A DNA stretch of 64,000 nt. Source: an uncultured Conexibacteraceae bacterium. Its GTDB lineage: Bacteria > Actinomycetota > Thermoleophilia > Solirubrobacterales > Solirubrobacteraceae. The notes beneath the pieces are model-generated. The model did no database searches, was not told where the DNA came from, and saw only the letters and a list, made by a program, of their open reading frames with translations. Both the position numbers and the translations under genes were made by a program. Shown piece after piece: positions 59,554 to 64,000 of this stretch; position 1 is the first letter of the stretch, and the number at the start of each line of letters is the position of its first letter. The stretch is from the NCBI GenBank assembly GCA_963844665.1, contig CAWJPB010000005.1, positions 717,703 through 781,702 on the forward strand. The letters run 5' to 3'.

Positions 59554-61209
59554 ATGACTGCAGTCACCTCACCCCGTGCACCGTTGAGCGGCCTCTCGCT
59601 GTTTCGCGGCGGCCGCTTCTATATCTGGCTGACGCTGCTGGCGTTGGCGCTCGCGGGGCTCTCGCTGCTTTATCCCTCGACGCCCAGTTATGACCCCTGG
59701 TCGTGGCTGATCTGGGGCCGCGAGATCTTCCACGGCTCGCTGCACATCGCCGGCGGCTCGAGCTGGAAGCCCTTGCCGGTGATCTTCACGACGGTGCTGG
59801 CAGCCTTCGGATCGGCGCAGCCGAACCTATGGCTGCTGATCGCTCGCGCCGGGGCCGTGATCAGCGTGCTGATGACGGCCAAGCTGGCGATGCGGATCAC
59901 CTGGGCACTGACCGTGCGCAGGCGCGGGGACGGCTGGTTCGCGAGTCTGGGCATCGGTGGGCGATCCGCCGCGGTTGCGCCCTCGTTGCTGGCAGGTGCG
60001 ATCGCACTCGTCTGCACCACCTTCACGGCCTCGTTCCCCGGCAACATGCTGCTGGGCTACTCGGAAGGCGTGATGGTCGCCGCCACCCTGATCGCCGCAG
60101 AGCGTGCCTGGGACGGTCACCACCGGCAGGCGTTCGCGCTCGGCATCATCCCGTCGCTGGACCGGCCCGAGTTCTGGATCATCTGGGGACCCTACGGCCT
60201 GTGGCTGATGTGGAGGGACCGTCGCGCGATCCCGCTTGTGCTCGGGCTGGGCGTGCTGATGTTGCTGCTCTGGGTGGTGCCGCAGAAGTTGGGGGGCGGC
60301 ACCGTGCATAGTCTCATCACCCATCCTCGGAAGAACCACTCGCACACGAGCGCGATCTTCAGCTCGTTTCCCCTGTGGACCGAGATGTCGACCAAGGTCT
60401 GGCCGCTGGTGCTCGAGCGCGTCGAGTTCGCCGCCCTGATCCAGATGGCGGTGACCGTCTACCTGGTCGCCAGAGCGCGACAAAGGCTGGGCGGCTGGTG
60501 GAACTCGGTCCGCGACCACGGCGCCGCCGTCGCCGCAGCGCTCGCCTCGACCGCCGGGTTCCTGTGGTGGGTGCTGATCTCGATCGAGACCCAGGCCGGG
60601 TTTGCCGGCAACCCTCGCTACGCGATCCTCGGCGTGATGCTGGTCTACGTCGGCGGCGCGTCAGCCTACGGATGGGCCTGCCTCGGCTTGGCGCGAGTTC
60701 TGGGCGTCGCCGGACAGCGTCTGTCACCTCGGTTGGGAGCCGGCTGGGGCCAGCGGGCCGCCGCCGGCACGGTGGCGATGCTCGCCGTTTTCATCTTTGT
60801 CCCTACCTGGTTCACGCACCGCATGCTCACGATCAAATCGATCCGCTATGACGTGCGCTACCAGGCGCAGCTGCGTGATGCGATCTCCTCGCTGATCGCC
60901 CGCGCGGGCGGCGCCAAGCGAGTGATGGCGTGCGGCAGCGTCATGACCGAGAACTACCAGGTGACGATGGCCGCCTGGTACCTGGGCGTGCGGATCTCCT
61001 ACGTTCAGTCAGCTGGTGACAAGTCCAGGAGGGCCAAGAAAGAGTTGGGTCCGAATGTTGTGTTCCAGAGCCCGATCACGAGTGGCTCGCCCCTGTACCC
61101 GACGCCCGCGGAGATCAAGGCCTGGGAGCAGGGCGGGTCGCACTACAGCGTGTCCAGGCACTATCCGGTGACGCTTTACATGGACTGCTCGCCGTACAGC
61201 AAGACGTGA
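59554..61209 (+). CDS. Polytopic membrane protein, GT-C glycosyltransferase-like
   Basis: YDPWSWLIWG first loop, YSEG, RPE, many TM segments, soluble C-terminal domain. Confidence 0.55.
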   Translation: MTAVTSPRAPLSGLSLFRGGRFYIWLTLLALALAGLSLLYPSTPSYDPWSWLIWGREIFHGSLHIAGGSSWKPLPVIFTTVLAAFGSAQPNLWLLIARAGAVISVLMTAKLAMRITWALTVRRRGDGWFASLGIGGRSAAVAPSLLAGAIALVCTTFTASFPGNMLLGYSEGVMVAATLIAAERAWDGHHRQAFALGIIPSLDRPEFWIIWGPYGLWLMWRDRRAIPLVLGLGVLMLLLWVVPQKLGGGTVHSLITHPRKNHSHTSAIFSSFPLWTEMSTKVWPLVLERVEFAALIQMAVTVYLVARARQRLGGWWNSVRDHGAAVAAALASTAGFLWWVLISIETQAGFAGNPRYAILGVMLVYVGGASAYGWACLGLARVLGVAGQRLSPRLGAGWGQRAAAGTVAMLAVFIFVPTWFTHRMLTIKSIRYDVRYQAQLRDAISSLIARAGGAKRVMACGSVMTENYQVTMAAWYLGVRISYVQSAGDKSRRAKKELGPNVVFQSPITSGSPLYPTPAEIKAWEQGGSHYSVSRHYPVTLYMDCSPYSKT

Positions 61210-61302
61210 TTGAAAACGGCTTTATCTCACATTGAATCGCTGGTTATCCGGGGCCCGAGCCAACGCACGTCAACGTAGGTTCATCGACTACCCTGCTTCG
61301 AG

Positions 61303-61725
61303 ATGTCCCTCCCGAAGGTCACGATAATCTGCGGGCTGATGGCGTTGCTGCTGAGTGCGTGTGGCATCCAGCAGAAGCCAGTGGCAGGCGCCACTCAGCA
61401 GCAGATCAAGAACTCATCCGGCAACGAGTCGTATGTCGACGACCCCCGGATTCCACAGGTCAAGTGCCTCAGGAGCGACAAGCTCCCCTTCCGCAAGTAC
61501 TACGCCGACGGCGCCCAGCACCTGCCTGCGATCCAGGTCGGCTCGGTCCCCGCTGGCCCGACCATCATCTTCTATCCGACAGCGGGCGTCGCCCAGGGCG
61601 AGCAGATCCAGGGCAAGGAGGGTGGCGCCGCGGTGATCGGCAGTCTGTTGGTCTACCCGAATCGCGCCGGTAGCAAGGTGCTGGCCAAGGTCCGGGCCTG
61701 CGCGGCGATCGGCGTCGTGGGCTGA
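61303..61725 (+). CDS. Putative lipoprotein
   Basis: Lipobox LSAC; two further Cys. Confidence 0.7.
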   Translation: MSLPKVTIICGLMALLLSACGIQQKPVAGATQQQIKNSSGNESYVDDPRIPQVKCLRSDKLPFRKYYADGAQHLPAIQVGSVPAGPTIIFYPTAGVAQGEQIQGKEGGAAVIGSLLVYPNRAGSKVLAKVRACAAIGVVG

Positions 61726-61736
61726 GGTCTCGAAAT

Positions 61737-63356
61737 ATGGCGACGACAACCACCACCGACACGATCCGCGCCCCTGAGCAAGAGGATTCGGGCTTCATCC
61801 GCGAGTTCGCTTTTCCGCTGCCCGGTTTCATCAAGGAGCTGCCCGAGTGGGCGCGCGTCACGCTGATCCTGCTGATTCTCGCCGCGGTCTCGCTCTACGT
61901 CCGCACGCGGGTGGTCGGACAGCAGTACTGGATGGACGAGGGGATCACCGTCGGGATCTCCTCGCACCACCTCTCGGCGATCCCGGGCATCCTGCGCCAG
62001 GACGGCTCGCCGCCGCTCTACTACCTGCTGCTGCACTTCTGGATGCTGATGGTGGGCAGCGGCGAGGCCGCGACACATTGGCTGTCGGAGATCTTCGCCG
62101 TGTTGACGATCCCCATCGGCTACTGGGGTGGATTGCGGATCGCCGGCAAGCGCGCGGCCCTGATGACCGCGACGCTGATGGCGGCGAGTGCGTTCCTCGA
62201 CTACTACAGCCAAGAGACGCGCATGTACGCGTTGATGACGCTGCTCGGCCTGCTCGGCACGATCGGCTTCATCCGTGGCTTCGTATTCCGCGAGCGGCGC
62301 TATGTGATCCTCTTCTCGCTGTCACAGGCGGCGATGCTCTACACCCACAACTGGGCCCTCTTCTTCGGCGCAGGCTCGGCGCTGTCGCTGGTCGTCCTCT
62401 ACTTCATCAGCGGCGAAGAGATCCGCGAGAACCTGATTCGCGATGCGGTCTACGCCTACGTCGGGGCGGGGATCCTGTTCTTGCCGTGGGTTCCCAACTT
62501 CATCTTCCAGTCGGTGCACACCGCAGCTCCCTGGAACACGGCGCCGCGCTTCGGCGCTCCGGTTCAGATCGCCCAGAGTGTGTACGGGGGCTCCACAGTC
62601 GCCGCGATCCTGCTGATTGGCACGGCCGTCGGCTATGCGGGCCTGTTTGCGCCCTCGGAGCGCGCCAGCACCAAAGCCAAGGTCGCGTTGATGCTGTTCG
62701 CGCTCGTGTTCTTCACGCTCATGTTCGGCTGGATCGCATCGCAGATCACGCCGGCCTGGAACCCCCGTTACTTCGCGCCGATCATCCCGGCGATCATGAT
62801 GTTCACCGCGATCGGGATGTCACGAGCCGGCATCGTCGGCGCGCTCACGCTGGCCGTCGCGCTGATCTTCCTTGCACGGCCGGGTACCTATGCGCCCGCC
62901 CATAAGAGCGACATGCAGGACATCGGCGGGGAGATCGGCCCGCTGATGCACAAGAACGACCTCGTGATCGTCGGCCAGCCGGAGCAGACTCCGCTTGCCT
63001 ACTACTACTTACCCACCGGCCTTCGATATTCCAACACCATCGGTCCGGTGAAGAACCCGTCGTGGATGAACTGGATCAACGCGATGCCTCGCTACCGCGC
63101 CGCGGACCCGTGGAAGGTCCTGCCCGCCGAATTGAAAGCGCTGAGGCCCGGCCAGCAGGTGCTGTACATCCGGCCACTGACCGAAGGTGCGACCGGTTGG
63201 AAGGCGCCGTGGACATCCGAGATCCTCTGGCGCTCAGCGCAATGGGGCTCGATCCTCAGCGACGACAAGCAGTTCAAGATGGAGGCGGTCGCGCCCCACA
63301 ACTACCGCGGCGCCTGCTGCGTCGCGGACTCCGCCATTCTCTACGTCAAGAAGTAG
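61737..63356 (+). CDS. GT39/PMT/ArnT-like (GT-C) glycosyltransferase
   Basis: WMDEGIT, QDGSPPLYY, SQETRMYAL, LYTHNW, PRYF. Confidence 0.85.
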   Translation: MATTTTTDTIRAPEQEDSGFIREFAFPLPGFIKELPEWARVTLILLILAAVSLYVRTRVVGQQYWMDEGITVGISSHHLSAIPGILRQDGSPPLYYLLLHFWMLMVGSGEAATHWLSEIFAVLTIPIGYWGGLRIAGKRAALMTATLMAASAFLDYYSQETRMYALMTLLGLLGTIGFIRGFVFRERRYVILFSLSQAAMLYTHNWALFFGAGSALSLVVLYFISGEEIRENLIRDAVYAYVGAGILFLPWVPNFIFQSVHTAAPWNTAPRFGAPVQIAQSVYGGSTVAAILLIGTAVGYAGLFAPSERASTKAKVALMLFALVFFTLMFGWIASQITPAWNPRYFAPIIPAIMMFTAIGMSRAGIVGALTLAVALIFLARPGTYAPAHKSDMQDIGGEIGPLMHKNDLVIVGQPEQTPLAYYYLPTGLRYSNTIGPVKNPSWMNWINAMPRYRAADPWKVLPAELKALRPGQQVLYIRPLTEGATGWKAPWTSEILWRSAQWGSILSDDKQFKMEAVAPHNYRGACCVADSAILYVKK

Positions 63357-63364
63357 GTCAATAC

Positions 63365-64000
63365 GTGTCTGACTCACTGGCTACGGCGCCGGCTCCCGGC
63401 GCAGACATCACCGCTGACCGTCCGGTCGTCGTGCTCGGTGGCGGGCCCGCGGGCCTGACAGCCGGCTACCAGCTCGCGAAGCAGGGTAAGGCGGTCGTGA
63501 TCCTGGAGGCGACCGACATGCTCGGCGGCATCGCCCGCACGGAGGTCCGGGACGGCTATCGCTTCGACCTCGGTGGCCACCGCTTCTTCACGAAGGTCAA
63601 GGAAGTCGATGACCTCTGGCATGAGATCATGAAGGAGGAGTTCCTCAAGCGCCCGCGCCAGAGCCGGATCTACTGGAACGACAAGTTTCTCGAGTACCCG
63701 CTGGAGGGCATGGATGTGATCCGTCAGCTCGGCGTCATCGAGCTCTCGCGTTGCATGGCCTCCTACCTGTGGGCGCAGGCCAAGCCCAAGGGCCGCGAGG
63801 ACACGTTTGAGGAGTGGGTCTCAAACCGCTTCGGCAAGCGCCTGTACACGCACTTCTTCAAGACCTACACGGAGAAGCTGTGGGGCGTCCCGACCGATGA
63901 GATTCGCGCCGAATGGGCGGCTCAGCGGATCAAGGGCCTTTCGTTCTTCAGCGCCGCCAAGGCCGCCTTCCTGGGCAACAGGGGCAACAAGATCAAGTCA
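63365..64000 (+). CDS. NAD(P)/FAD-dependent oxidoreductase (protoporphyrinogen oxidase/mutase-like), 3' truncated
   Basis: VLGGGPAGL, LGGIART, FDLGGHRFF; runs off the window. Confidence 0.85.
   Translation, partial: MSDSLATAPAPGADITADRPVVVLGGGPAGLTAGYQLAKQGKAVVILEATDMLGGIARTEVRDGYRFDLGGHRFFTKVKEVDDLWHEIMKEEFLKRPRQSRIYWNDKFLEYPLEGMDVIRQLGVIELSRCMASYLWAQAKPKGREDTFEEWVSNRFGKRLYTHFFKTYTEKLWGVPTDEIRAEWAAQRIKGLSFFSAAKAAFLGNRGNKIKS

Overview
High-GC actinobacterial chromosomal segment; the gene content suggests Thermoleophilia/Solirubrobacterales (inference). It holds about 57 CDS and no rRNA, tRNA, CRISPR array or transposase that I could recognise. Core genes include ettA, folP, nucS, pyk, gltA, dcd and a 2-oxoglutarate dehydrogenase fusion. 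There are two paralogous Opp/Dpp-type ABC clusters, two cell-wall hydrolases, and the start of a GT-C glycosylation locus. The top observation is a canonical-looking TPP riboswitch (41581-41660) directly over the ribosome-binding site of an ATPase-less Opp-family (SBP family 5) transporter, which suggests an unrecognised class of thiamine or thiamine-precursor importer. Four other features stand out. (1) An E2+E1 2-oxoglutarate dehydrogenase fusion carries two lipoyl domains plus a PSBD. (2) A GlnA4-like gamma-glutamylation cluster sits back-to-back with a choline/ethanolamine kinase-GcvT-like operon and lacks the usual hydrolase. (3) A J-domain/Tudor-like/TPR protein faces an orphan divergent GroES. 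(4) A RibD-C reductase is coupled to folP. The 52.3-58.3 kb interval is dense in frameshifts, probably sequence error. All calls are by-eye motif recognition; no searches were run.
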